DNA of 28,329 nucleotides from an uncultured Candidatus Bathyarchaeia archaeon (GCA_964623365.1 CAZUTN010000003.1:4629-32957); one strand, 5' to 3'. Shown: positions 16,742 through 27,100, counted from the first letter of the stretch. The notes: generated from the sequence alone by a model not told the origin. Translations and numbers: made by a program.

Positions 16742-17824
16742 TTGTCGACGCTTGATCTGAACGTTGGCCCTCAGCATCCGGGCTCGGGCCACATGAGAAT
16801 AATCGTCAAGACAGATGGCGACCTGATAGTTGAAGTAAAACCCGACATCGGATACGTTCACCGAGGCTGCGAGAAGATAGCAGAATCCAGAAACATCGTA
16901 AAGAACATCCCCATGTTCGAACGCCCCAACATTGCAGACTCCTCGCATCTAAATTGGTCGTATATCCAGCCTATCGAAGAGCTCCAAGGCGTGGAGGTGC
17001 CAGAGCGCGGCCGCTACATTCGAACAATACTATGTGAGATCAACAGGATAGCGAGTCACCTGTACGGAATGGCCATAATGGCGGGAATCTTCGCGGGGCA
17101 CACCACAATGTACATGTTTGGTTTCGGGGAACGGGAATTGCTTCTCGACTTGGCCGAGATGCTTACAGGAGCAAGAATGACATTCTCGTTCTTCGTCCCC
17201 GGCGGTGTGAGGCGGGATCTGCCAAAAGGCTTCAAAGAGAAGCTGCTTGAAACATTGAGCTATCTGGAGCGTCGCCTCGTTGCAATCGACCGAATCTTCG
17301 TGAACAACCCTGTCTTCGTCGAACGCGGAAGAGGCGTCGGGATTCTGAGTAAGGAAGATGCGATCAGGCTAGGCGTCGCCGGACCGGTTCTGAGAGGCTC
17401 TGGCATGCGATGCGACGTGAGAAAGGACGCCCCCTATGGCGCCTACGACAAGATAGACTTCGAGATTCCGACCTTCAAAGAAGGCGACAGCCTCTCGCGA
17501 TGGTTGGTGAGATTTGAGGAAATCAAACAGAGCATCTGGATCCTCAGGCAGGCGATACGGGACATCCCCAAGGGCCCCATTGCTAGAAAGAGCCCGATCG
17601 TGGTTCCCAAGGGAGAGGCCATCGGCAGGGTCGAATCGTCACGAGGAGAGGTGAACCACTACGTTGTCGGAACTGGAAGCGACAGACCCTACCGAGTCAA
17701 GATGAGCACAGGCTCATTCAAGAACTTGTCAGCGCTCCCGTTCTTACTGAGAGGCGTTCGCATAGGCGACCTGCCGATAATCTACGGGAGTCTTGACTAC
17801 TGGCCTGTAGAGGCAGACAGGTAG
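16742..17824 (+). CDS. nuoD: Complex I-like subunit D (49 kDa type), not a NiFe hydrogenase large subunit
   Basis: GPQHP, GYVHRG.EK, EINRIASHL, GPVLRGSG, ESSRGE and SLD....DR motifs; no N- or C-terminal CxxC. Confidence 0.93.
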   Translation: MSTLDLNVGPQHPGSGHMRIIVKTDGDLIVEVKPDIGYVHRGCEKIAESRNIVKNIPMFERPNIADSSHLNWSYIQPIEELQGVEVPERGRYIRTILCEINRIASHLYGMAIMAGIFAGHTTMYMFGFGERELLLDLAEMLTGARMTFSFFVPGGVRRDLPKGFKEKLLETLSYLERRLVAIDRIFVNNPVFVERGRGVGILSKEDAIRLGVAGPVLRGSGMRCDVRKDAPYGAYDKIDFEIPTFKEGDSLSRWLVRFEEIKQSIWILRQAIRDIPKGPIARKSPIVVPKGEAIGRVESSRGEVNHYVVGTGSDRPYRVKMSTGSFKNLSALPFLLRGVRIGDLPIIYGSLDYWPVEADR

Positions 17825-17836
17825 GAAACAAAGGAA

Positions 17837-18310
17837 ATGTCAGCAGCCAAACCTTTCTTGGAAGGTCTGAGACACCTCTTCAAGAAGACGTTCACTCTGA
17901 AGCATCCCTACCAAAAGCACGAACTGCCAGACGGATATCGAGGAAGGCACCTGCTCTACATGGACAGATGCATTGGATGCGGAATATGCGCGTGGATCTG
18001 CCCCGAGAAATGCATCACACTGGTACCTGTCACAGATGAGAAGACATACCCACGGAACCCGGAGAAGAGGTTCCCGCAGTACTGGTACATCCGATGCTGC
18101 TTCTGTCACTTCTGCACAGACTACTGTCCGACTGGGGCTTTGGACTACACGAAGGACTATGACCTTGCCGAGTATGAGAAGGCCCTGGTCATCTGGAGCC
18201 CCGAGAGGTTGTCCAAGGTTCCCGAAGGATACGAGGAATATCGCACGAAGTTTCACGGATGGGCTGGCGTCAACCATGTACCCTCGACGAAAGGGGAATC
18301 AGTCGCGTAA
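17837..18310 (+). CDS. nuoI: Complex I-like subunit I (2x[4Fe-4S])
   Basis: T..HPY..., YRGRH, CIGCGICAWICP and CCFCHFCTDYCP motifs. Confidence 0.92.
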   Translation: MSAAKPFLEGLRHLFKKTFTLKHPYQKHELPDGYRGRHLLYMDRCIGCGICAWICPEKCITLVPVTDEKTYPRNPEKRFPQYWYIRCCFCHFCTDYCPTGALDYTKDYDLAEYEKALVIWSPERLSKVPEGYEEYRTKFHGWAGVNHVPSTKGESVA

Positions 18311-18429
18311 TGAGTGAAATCCAAGACGGTCTCATCCGTAAGATGGCTCAGCGAAAAAGGTCTCGGAGACGAACTCGAGGACCCTACCGTAAGTCGTCGA
18401 GGACGGGACTGAGATCCGCCGCATCATGA
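18310..18429 (+). CDS. Candidate small basic protein (39 aa, MSEIQDGLIRKMAQRKRSRRRTRGPYRKSSRTGLRSAAS)
   Basis: ATG overlaps the nuoI stop (TAATG); Arg/Lys-rich core; second ATG at 18343. Below the track length cutoff. Confidence 0.4.
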   Translation: MSEIQDGLIRKMAQRKRSRRRTRGPYRKSSRTGLRSAAS

Positions 18430-18567
18430 CGCAATCGTCTTGTGGCTACGAGTTCGGTGAGCAAGATCGTGCGCGGCCTGTGAAGAGGTGTGCAAATATA
18501 CGGGTATGACGTACGTTATGCTCAACCCGTTGCCCGCGCAATTGTCCGCGGTTTGGAGAGGAAGACA

Positions 18568-19797
18568 GTGGTGCTGAACGTAGCCAAAATACGAGAGGAT
18601 TTTCCGATTCTGAAGAGGAGGATCCGAGGGAAACCGCTCGTTTACTTGGACAACGCCACCACTTCTCAGAAGCCGAGGCGCGTCATGGATGCAATCCGAC
18701 GATACTACAGTGTGTACAACTCAAATGTGCACCGAAGCGTACACAGACTGAGCGAAGAGGCGACCGTCGAATTCGAACAGTCGAGAGAAAGATTCGCTGG
18801 GTTCATTGGCGCCAAGACGGCCAAGGAAATCGTCTTCGTACGAAATGCAACGGAGGCTCTGAACCTAGTAGTCTTCAGTTGGGGAAGAGCGAACCTCAAG
18901 ACCGGCGACCGCGTTCTTCTCACTGAGATGGAGCACCATAGCAACATCGTCCCTTGGCAGATGCTGGCAAAGGAGAAAGGCATCAAACTCGACTACGTCA
19001 CAATCGATGATGAGGGGTTGCTGAACTGGGAGAGCTTCGAAGAGCTGACCAAGGAAAGACCAAAGGTGCTCAGCCTTGCTCACGTCTCGAACGCCTTGGG
19101 GACGATCAATCCGGTCAAGCGGATGGCACAGGAAGCCCACGGACTTGGCGCGACCGTCATAATCGACGCGGCGCAGTCGGTCCCCCACATGCCGGTCGAT
19201 GTCGCAGATCTCGAATGCGACTTCATGGCTGTCTCAGGCCACAAGATGTTGGCACCCACCGGGATAGGAATGCTCTACGGAAAGTACGACCTTCTGGATC
19301 GCATGGAGCCATTCATGGGAGGCGGAGAAATGATAAAGGAAGTTCATCTTCAAGACGCCCGGTGGAACGATCCGCCGTGGAAGTTTGAGGCTGGCACTCC
19401 AAATATCGAGGGAGTCATCGGCCTTGGGGCAGCGGTAGACTACCTCTCAAACTTGGGAATGCGAAACGTGAGACAGCACGAGAAGGATATCACGAAGTAC
19501 GCCCTCGAACGGATGGAAGATGTGAGAGGCCTCGTGCTGTATGGCACAAGAGATGTTGAGAAGCGTGGTGCGGCGATCTCATTTAATCTGGGTGACATTC
19601 ACGCTCACGACCTGGCCACGATCCTTGACACCCAGGGCATAGCGACAAGGTCGGGGCATCATTGCGCACAACCACTAATGGAACGACTAGGAGTGCCAGC
19701 CACCTCTCGCGCCAGCTTCTATATCTACAACACGAGAAGAGAAGTTGACATACTCATCGGAGCTCTCGAGAATGCTAGGAAGATGTTCAAAGTATGA
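18568..19797 (+). CDS. sufS: Cysteine desulfurase, SufS (group II) type
   Basis: YLDNATTSQKP, EHHSNIVPWQ, SGHKM (PLP Lys) and RSGHHCAQP motifs. GTG 18568/18571 after GGAGAGG preferred over the track start 18490. Confidence 0.95.
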   Translation: MVLNVAKIREDFPILKRRIRGKPLVYLDNATTSQKPRRVMDAIRRYYSVYNSNVHRSVHRLSEEATVEFEQSRERFAGFIGAKTAKEIVFVRNATEALNLVVFSWGRANLKTGDRVLLTEMEHHSNIVPWQMLAKEKGIKLDYVTIDDEGLLNWESFEELTKERPKVLSLAHVSNALGTINPVKRMAQEAHGLGATVIIDAAQSVPHMPVDVADLECDFMAVSGHKMLAPTGIGMLYGKYDLLDRMEPFMGGGEMIKEVHLQDARWNDPPWKFEAGTPNIEGVIGLGAAVDYLSNLGMRNVRQHEKDITKYALERMEDVRGLVLYGTRDVEKRGAAISFNLGDIHAHDLATILDTQGIATRSGHHCAQPLMERLGVPATSRASFYIYNTRREVDILIGALENARKMFKV

Positions 19798-20198
19798 CCG
19801 CAGACGTCTACAGAGAGGCGATCCTCGACCACTATAGACACCCCAGAAACTACGGCGACCTGCCGGCCGCAAACGCTCGTGCCAAGGACTCCAACGTCCT
19901 GTGCGGCGACGTAATAGAGATGCAGCTAAGGCTCAACGGAGACAGAGTAGAAGACCTGAAGTTCCGAGGACAAGGGTGTGCAATAAGCCTAGCATCCGCG
20001 TCTATGCTCACGGAATTCTCCAAAGGGAAGCCGATCTCAACGATCAAGAAACTTGGAAAGAAAGACATCATCCAGCTGCTGGGAGCGGACCCGGGGCCGA
20101 CTAGGATCGAGTGCGCCGTTCTCGCCTTGAAGGTCTTGAAGATGGCAATCTACGAGCACTTGGGCATCAAGATGCCGCAAGAACCCGAAGAGACATGA
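19794..20198 (+). CDS. iscU: Fe-S scaffold / sulfur acceptor of the IscU/SufU (NifU N-terminal) family
   Basis: ILDHYRHPRNYG, LCGD, GCAIS and RIEC with Cys37, Cys62, Cys107; ATGA overlap with sufS. Confidence 0.9.
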   Translation: MTADVYREAILDHYRHPRNYGDLPAANARAKDSNVLCGDVIEMQLRLNGDRVEDLKFRGQGCAISLASASMLTEFSKGKPISTIKKLGKKDIIQLLGADPGPTRIECAVLALKVLKMAIYEHLGIKMPQEPEET

Positions 20199-20542
20199 AG
20201 CAAGCGAGCTTTGAGACCCCGACACATCTCGCAGAAGAGCATGCGCTCTCAGCCCAGTCGTCCACGGAGCATGTCGTTGTCGATTGACGGTTCACAAGAT
20301 CTCGCGTTAGGAATCTGAGGTCTCCTGAACGTAGTCTTGCTTGGATCAGTGCGAGTCTGACCAAGAAAGGTTCTCGCCAATGCTCTTCAGGCTCAGCCGC
20401 GCCACGAATGATGTTGCATTCGAGATTCACGATTCGGGCACATAACGCTTATTAGCGCCCCGTCTTGTGCTAAGGGGGAGTTTCGCTAGGGTTCCTATTT
20501 CTCGGGGCCTAATGAGCGTTTGGATATCGGAGAGACGACCAC

Positions 20543-20833
20543 TTGAAGGATGAGGAGAAGAGAAAGACCATAGACGTTTTTCAACACGAACTTGTACCGA
20601 AACATGAGGTTTTGCCGAAGCGCGAGGCCGAGGAGCTGCTGGAGCGTCTCCACATAAGGCCGCACCAACTGCCTTACCTGAGGGCTGACGACCCAGCTGC
20701 GAGGCAGGTAGGAGCAAAGCCGTGGGACGTGGTAAAGATAACGCGCCTCAGTCCAACTGCGGGCGAGGTCGTGGTCTACCGCTACGTCATCGAGAGCTCA
20801 CCCGGAGGAGGTAAACCTGATCACCCACGTTGA
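20543..20833 (+). CDS. rpoH: DNA-directed RNA polymerase subunit H (Rpo5)
   Basis: [29 protein letters not shown] and YRYV motifs; first gene of the rpo operon. Confidence 0.96.
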   Translation: MKDEEKRKTIDVFQHELVPKHEVLPKREAEELLERLHIRPHQLPYLRADDPAARQVGAKPWDVVKITRLSPTAGEVVVYRYVIESSPGGGKPDHPR

Positions 20834-20840
20834 GCCCCAA

Positions 20841-23800
20841 ATGTGGGGGCTGATCAAGGAATTCTTCCGAGAGAAGGGTCTGGTTAGACAACACATCGAC
20901 TCCTACAACGATTTCATCGACACGGGCTTGCAGGCTATCATTGACGAAGTAGGCTGGATGCCAATAGAGATCGAAGAGTACCCGTTGAAGGTCAAGCTTG
21001 GGAAGATTGAGATAGGTACCCCAAGAGTAACGGAGGTTGACGGATCGGAAAGACCCGTCTACCCGACAGAGGCGCGGGTGCGCAACCTCACCTACGCTGC
21101 ACCACTGCATCTTGAGATGACGCCTGTGATCGGCGAGCGTGAAGGTCAGACCGAGATCGTCTACATCGGGGACTTTCCGGTGATGCTCCGTTCAAGAATC
21201 TGCCCGCTCTCCAGACTGACTCCTGATGAGATGATCAGTATCGGGGAAGACCCGATTGACCCGGGCGGATACTTCATTGTCAATGGCGCGGAGCGTGTCG
21301 TGGTAGCGCTCGAGGACTTGGCACCGAATAAGATACTCGTTGACGTGGAGAAGACGGGAGTCAATCCGATTTACAAGGCCAAGATATTCTCGACCACATT
21401 GGGCTTTCGAGCACGAACCGAAGTCACTCTGAAAGCTGATGGAGGGATCTACGTCATGGTTCCAGGTGTTCCAGCGGAGATCCCCCTAGTTGTATTGCTG
21501 AAGGCTCTCGGAATTCAGGAAGACCTGAAGATCGCTGAGCTGGTTTCCGACGACGAGACGGTCCAGAACCAACTGGACGGGTCATTCGAGAAAGCACAGG
21601 GCATCCTGACCATCAAGGATGCGCTGTTGTATGTTGGAAATCGGCTGGCGCCCGGGCAGGTTGAAGACTACCGCGCGAAGAAAGCTGAAACAGTCATTGA
21701 TCGGAACTTCCTCCCTCATATCGGGCGGACACTCGCCGAAAGGAGAGAGAAGGCGTTCTTCCTCGCGGAGATTGCGACAAGGATCATAGAGTTGAAGCTG
21801 GGCAGACGAACGCCAGACGACAAAGATCACTACTCCAACAAGCGGCTCAAACTTGCGGGAGCGTTGATGGCGGACCTCTTCAGGATCTCGTTCCGAAATC
21901 TCATCCGCGATTTGAAGTACCAACTCGAACGCATCACCATCAGAAGACATCAGGAGCTTTCAATCACCAACGCAATTAGACCTGGAATAATCACGGAGCG
22001 GATTCAACACGCAGTTGCCACTGGAAACTGGGTTAGGGGAAGGGTCGGGGTTACTCAGCTTCTCGACCGAACGAACTACTCCTCGACTCTAAGCCATCTG
22101 AGGCGACTTCAGTCACCATTGAGCAGAAGCCAACCTAACCTAGAAGCGCGAGATCTGCATCCAACCCACTGGGGCAGGCTGTGCCCGAACGAGACTCCCG
22201 AGGGATCAAACTGCGGTCTCGTGAAGAACCTAGCGTTGTCGTCAACGTTGTCAATTGGAACGGACTCGAGAGAGTTCGTTCTCAAACTGCGGCGAATAGG
22301 AGTGGCCCCGATTGAGGAAGCGGACAGCAAGGAGGCAAGTTCCGCCGCCAAAGTCATCGTTGACGGGCTCATAGCAGGCATCACACGCACGCCAAGTCAG
22401 CTCGTCGAAGAGCTTGTCCGCATGCGTAGGACTGGCGAGATAAGCTCCGAAGTAAACGCCGCGTATTTCCCTCCTGAGAGAGAGAACGCGCGGGGATGTG
22501 TTTACGTCAACTGTGACAGTGGCAGAGTTCGAAGACCTCTTGTCATCGTGGAGAATGGAGTGCCAAGAATGACGCGCGAGCAGCTCGAAGCTGTCCAGAG
22601 AGGTGAGATGCGCTGGGAGGAGCTCGTCGAGAAAGGAATCATCGAATACTTGGACTCGGACGAGGAAGAGAGCGCACTTGTCGCCCTCGACGTTTCCGAG
22701 ATTTCGAAGGATACTACGCATCTCGAGCTTGCTTCATACGCCATGCTAGGCATTTGCGCTTCTGTCATTCCCTATTCTGAGCACAACCAGTCGCCGAGGA
22801 ACGCGTACGAGTCTGCGATGGCGAAGCAGGCGTTGGGAGTTTCCTGCACGAACTTCTTCAACAGAGTCGATTCTAGGTCGCACCTTCTGCACTACCCGCA
22901 AATGCCCGTTGTCAGAACGAAACCTATGGAGGTCATCAACTACGACGACAGACCCGCAGGTCAGAACTGTGTGGTTACCGTACTTTCGTTCCAAGGCTAC
23001 AATATGGAAGATGCAATCGTAGTCAACCGTTCATCCGTTGACCGTGGACTCGGTCGATCTACCTTCTTCAGGATCTACGAGGGTGAATGCAGACAGTACC
23101 TCGGGGGACTCCGCGACAAGTTCGAGATTCCTGAGGCCGGAACCAGGGGATACAGAGGCGACAGGTACTATCGTCTTCTCGAAGAAGATGGCATCATCTC
23201 AGCTGAGGCGGATGTGAGCGGCAACACGGTCCTAGTCGGGAGAACAAGTCCGCCTAGGTTCCTCGAGGAATATCGCGAATTCGAAGTCAAGGGCCCCACC
23301 AAACGTGACTCATCCGTCGGGATGCGCCCTTCGGAAGTCGGGATCGTCGACACGATCTTCGTCACAGAATCGATCGAAGGTAGCAGGCTCGTCAAGGTCA
23401 AGGTCAGAGATACACGAGTTCCTGAACTTGGAGACAAATTTGCGTCTAGGCACGGGCAGAAAGGAGTCATCGGCCTCTTAGTTCCTCAACAAGACATGCC
23501 CTTCACACAAGACGGTATTGTCCCCGACATCATCATCAACCCTCATGCCTTCCCGTCCCGCATGACGATCGGGCAATTCGTTGAATCAATGGCTGGAAAA
23601 GTCGCTTCGCTCAGAGGAGAACCGGTCGACGGAACTCCGTTCAGCAATGAGCGTCCAGAGCAGCTTCGTGACGCGTTGCTCAAGCTTGGCCTCACGCATA
23701 GCGGAAGTGAGGTGTTCTACAACGGCATCGACGGAAAGAAGTTCACGGCAGACATCTATGTTGGTGTGGTCTACTACCAGAAGCTCCATCACATGGTTGC

Positions 23801-24167
23801 GGACAAGATGCATGCACGAGCCCGCGGCCAAGTCCAGATGCTGACGAGACAACCTACGGAAGGAAGAGCTCGCGGCGGAGGCCTCAGATTCGGCGAGATG
23901 GAACGTGACTGCCTGATCGGGCACGGAGCGTCTGCGCTGCTGAGGGACAGGCTCCTTGAGGAATCTGACAAGTACACCGTGATGATCTGTGAAGTGTGCG
24001 GCCTCCTTGCCTATCACGATATCAAACAGAACAAGTACGTCTGCCGGATCTGCGGCGAGCGGGCAGTCATCTCCCCCGTCGCCCTATCCTACGCCTTCAA
24101 GCTGCTTCTCCAAGAGCTGATGGCTCTGGGCGTAGCTCCCCGACTCAATATCTCGGAGCGTGCATAA
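20841..24167 (+). CDS. rpoB: DNA-directed RNA polymerase subunit B (Rpo2), unsplit
   Basis: GLVRQHIDSYN, GGYFIVNG.E, GDKFASRHGQKG, KLHHMV.DK.HAR, GGLRFGEMERD and zinc motif CEVC...CRIC. The start may be CTG 20817. Confidence 0.98.
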   Translation: MWGLIKEFFREKGLVRQHIDSYNDFIDTGLQAIIDEVGWMPIEIEEYPLKVKLGKIEIGTPRVTEVDGSERPVYPTEARVRNLTYAAPLHLEMTPVIGEREGQTEIVYIGDFPVMLRSRICPLSRLTPDEMISIGEDPIDPGGYFIVNGAERVVVALEDLAPNKILVDVEKTGVNPIYKAKIFSTTLGFRARTEVTLKADGGIYVMVPGVPAEIPLVVLLKALGIQEDLKIAELVSDDETVQNQLDGSFEKAQGILTIKDALLYVGNRLAPGQVEDYRAKKAETVIDRNFLPHIGRTLAERREKAFFLAEIATRIIELKLGRRTPDDKDHYSNKRLKLAGALMADLFRISFRNLIRDLKYQLERITIRRHQELSITNAIRPGIITERIQHAVATGNWVRGRVGVTQLLDRTNYSSTLSHLRRLQSPLSRSQPNLEARDLHPTHWGRLCPNETPEGSNCGLVKNLALSSTLSIGTDSREFVLKLRRIGVAPIEEADSKEASSAAKVIVDGLIAGITRTPSQLVEELVRMRRTGEISSEVNAAYFPPERENARGCVYVNCDSGRVRRPLVIVENGVPRMTREQLEAVQRGEMRWEELVEKGIIEYLDSDEEESALVALDVSEISKDTTHLELASYAMLGICASVIPYSEHNQSPRNAYESAMAKQALGVSCTNFFNRVDSRSHLLHYPQMPVVRTKPMEVINYDDRPAGQNCVVTVLSFQGYNMEDAIVVNRSSVDRGLGRSTFFRIYEGECRQYLGGLRDKFEIPEAGTRGYRGDRYYRLLEEDGIISAEADVSGNTVLVGRTSPPRFLEEYREFEVKGPTKRDSSVGMRPSEVGIVDTIFVTESIEGSRLVKVKVRDTRVPELGDKFASRHGQKGVIGLLVPQQDMPFTQDGIVPDIIINPHAFPSRMTIGQFVESMAGKVASLRGEPVDGTPFSNERPEQLRDALLKLGLTHSGSEVFYNGIDGKKFTADIYVGVVYYQKLHHMVADKMHARARGQVQMLTRQPTEGRARGGGLRFGEMERDCLIGHGASALLRDRLLEESDKYTVMICEVCGLLAYHDIKQNKYVCRICGERAVISPVALSYAFKLLLQELMALGVAPRLNISERA

Positions 24168-24168
24168 G

Positions 24169-27100
24169 ATGGCGATGATCGAAGAAGCAACCAAGGTCAT
24201 AGGAAGCATCAGATTCTCACTGCTCTCGCCGAATGAGATACGTCGCCTCTCGGCCGTTGAGGTCCAGACGGCGGATACATATGACGAGGACGGGGTCCCC
24301 ATAGTCTCAGGTCTCATGGACGGGAGACTGGGAACGCTTGAGCCCAGACAGAAGTGCAAGACGTGCGGAAACACCGCCGTCAGTTGCCCAGGGCACTCCG
24401 GCCACATAGAGCTAGCGGAGCCTGTGATACACGTCGCATTCGCGAAACTCGTACACAAGCTTCTCTCTGTCACATGTCGGAACTGCGGCAGGATTCTCAT
24501 TTCGAATGAGAGGATCGAGAGCTACAACGCGAAGATAGCGGAAGAGAAAAAGCGTCTCAACGAGGTTCCTACACCTTTCTTTGACGGAATCATGAAGGAA
24601 GCAAAGAAGGCTCATGAATGCCCACACTGCGGAACGCGGCAGCATACCATCGAGCATCAGAAGCCAACCACATTCATAGACGAGACGGGAGCTCGCCTCA
24701 CGCCAAGCGCAATTAGGGAGATGCTTGAGCGAATCCCAGATGACGATCTTCGCATTCTCGGAATGGACCCAACGGCGGCAAGACCCGAATGGATGGTTCT
24801 CCAAGTCCTGCCCGTGCCGCCTGTGACTGTGCGACCTTCTATTACGCTCGAGTCGGGAATCAGATCAGAAGACGACCTCACCCACAAGCTCGTTGACATA
24901 ATCCGCATCAACCAGAAACTACGAGAGGCACTTGAATCCGGCGTCCCGGTCAACATCATTCAGGAACTGCATGACCTGCTCCAATATCACGTCACGACGT
25001 ACTTTGACAATGAAGTCTCCGGCCTCCCGCCTGCCCGACATCGTTCTGGAAGAGCACTGAGGACGATTAGTCAACGCCTCAAAGGCAAGGAAGGCAGATT
25101 CCGAGGCAACCTGTCTGGCAAGCGAGTCGACTTCTCGGCAAGAACCGTGATCTCTCCTGACCCTAACCTCGACATCAGCGAGGTCGGAGTGCCGGTGGAC
25201 ATCGCCGCACGGTTGACTATTCCGGAGCGCGTCACACAATGGAACATCGAGGAGATGCGGAGGCTCATACGGAACGGTCCCGATCAGTACCCGGGAGCTC
25301 TCTACATCGTGCGCCCCGACCAGAGACGAGTCAGATTGGAGTTCGTGACAGAGCGAGACAGCCTCGCAGATGCAATCGAGCCAGGCTTCGTCGTTGAACG
25401 TCACATCAGGGACGGGGATATCGTGCTCTTCAACCGACAGCCATCGCTTCACAGGATGTCAATCATGGCTCACACGGTCAGAGTCCTGCCGTACAAGACT
25501 TTCAGACTGAACCCTTGTGTGTGTCCACCTTACAACGCTGACTTCGATGGCGACGAGATGAACCTCCATGTCCCGCAAGGTGAGGAAGCGCGAACCGAAG
25601 CGAGGCTATTGATGCAGGTCCAAGATCAGATACTTTCACCTCGCTACGGAGGACCAATCATCGGTGCCAAGACGGACCTTCTCAGCGCCGCATATCTGCT
25701 CACGCGCAAATCCACACTGCTTACGAAGGACGAGGTATGTCGGCTTCTCACAGCCGCAGGCTACGCTGGTGACCTTCCCGAGCCCGCAGTGAAACGTCCA
25801 GTGGAACGCTGGACCGGCAAGCAGATCTTCAGCCTCTTCATACCAAAGGGCTTCAGCTTTACCGCAAAATCCAGCATGGTGACAAAGGACGACAAAGAAC
25901 ACGTCATGATACGCAACGGCAAACTCGAGGAAGGTGTGATTGACAAGAACTCGATCGGCGCCGAACGCTCCGAGAGTCTCTTCCACCGAATTGTGAAAGA
26001 TCAAGGATCCGAAACAGGACGTGGATTCCTTAATCACATCGCCAGGCTTCTCGACCGGTTCGTTCTGATGAAGGGTTTCTCATACTCAATCAAAGAACTC
26101 GATGTTCCTGCGAGCGTGAAAGAGAAGATCGACAAGGTCATCCGGAAGGCCGAAGATCGCGTCTACGCATTGATAGAAAGCTACAATCAAGGAACGCTTG
26201 AACGGCTTCCCGGTCAATCGTTGGCGGAATCGCTTGAAATCCGCATAATGGACGAGCTATCCAAAGCTCGTGATGTGGCTGGCGAGTACGCAGACGAGTA
26301 CTTGGACGAAAAGAACAGCGGCGTGATCATGACTAGAACCGGCGCTCGAGGTTCAACGCTAAACATAGCGCAGATGATAGCATCGGTGGGTCAGCAATCC
26401 ATTCGCGGCCAAAGGATCCGCAGAGGATACAGAGACCGAGTGCTGTCTTTCTTCAGGCCTGGAGACGCAGGTCCCGAGGCAAGGGGCTTCGTCTACTCGT
26501 CATATCGAGACGGCCTCAACCCCATCGAGTTCTTCTTCCATGCGATGGGAGGACGTGAAGGACTGGTCGATACGGCCGTTCGGACCCAGCAGAGCGGATA
26601 CATGCAGAGAAGACTGATCAATGCGCTTGAGCATCTCAGAGTGGAATACGACTCCACGGTCAGAGACTCCCGCGGAGACATAATCCAGTTCAGATATGGC
26701 GAAGACGGCGTAGACACGGCGAAGAGCGACCACGGCAAAGCTGTCAACTCAGAACGCCTGGTCGAACGTGTAAGGCTTGCCGCGGAAAGAGGCGCCAAGG
26801 CAAGCGCCAACTATGTTCAGGCGAAGATACGAGAAGTGGAAGATCGACTGCCCCCGCTCCTAGCAGATGAGTTGAAGCGAAACTTGCTGAAGGCCAAGCT
26901 GTCGCGGCGTGCTGTTGATGAGGCTGTTCGACAGGCCGTCGAGAACTACAGCAGATCGCTGATCGAACCAGGAGAAGCCGCCGGGATCGTCTCAGCACAG
27001 TCCATCGGCGAGCCTGGCACACAGATGACGCTGAGGACTTTCCACTTCGCCGGCGTCAGAGAACAGAACGTAACTCTCGGCCTTCCAAGGTTGATCGAGA

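Noticed and set aside
16742-17824. Interpretation as a group 4 [NiFe]-hydrogenase large subunit (Ech/Mbh)
   Set aside because: Both Ni-binding CxxC motifs are absent, and the small subunit has NuoB-type tandem Cys.
20199-20542. 344-nt gap before rpoH, including track ORF 20167..20430 (-), as a possible gene or ncRNA
   Set aside because: Translations show no motifs and no tRNA structure is evident; most likely terminator and promoter space.
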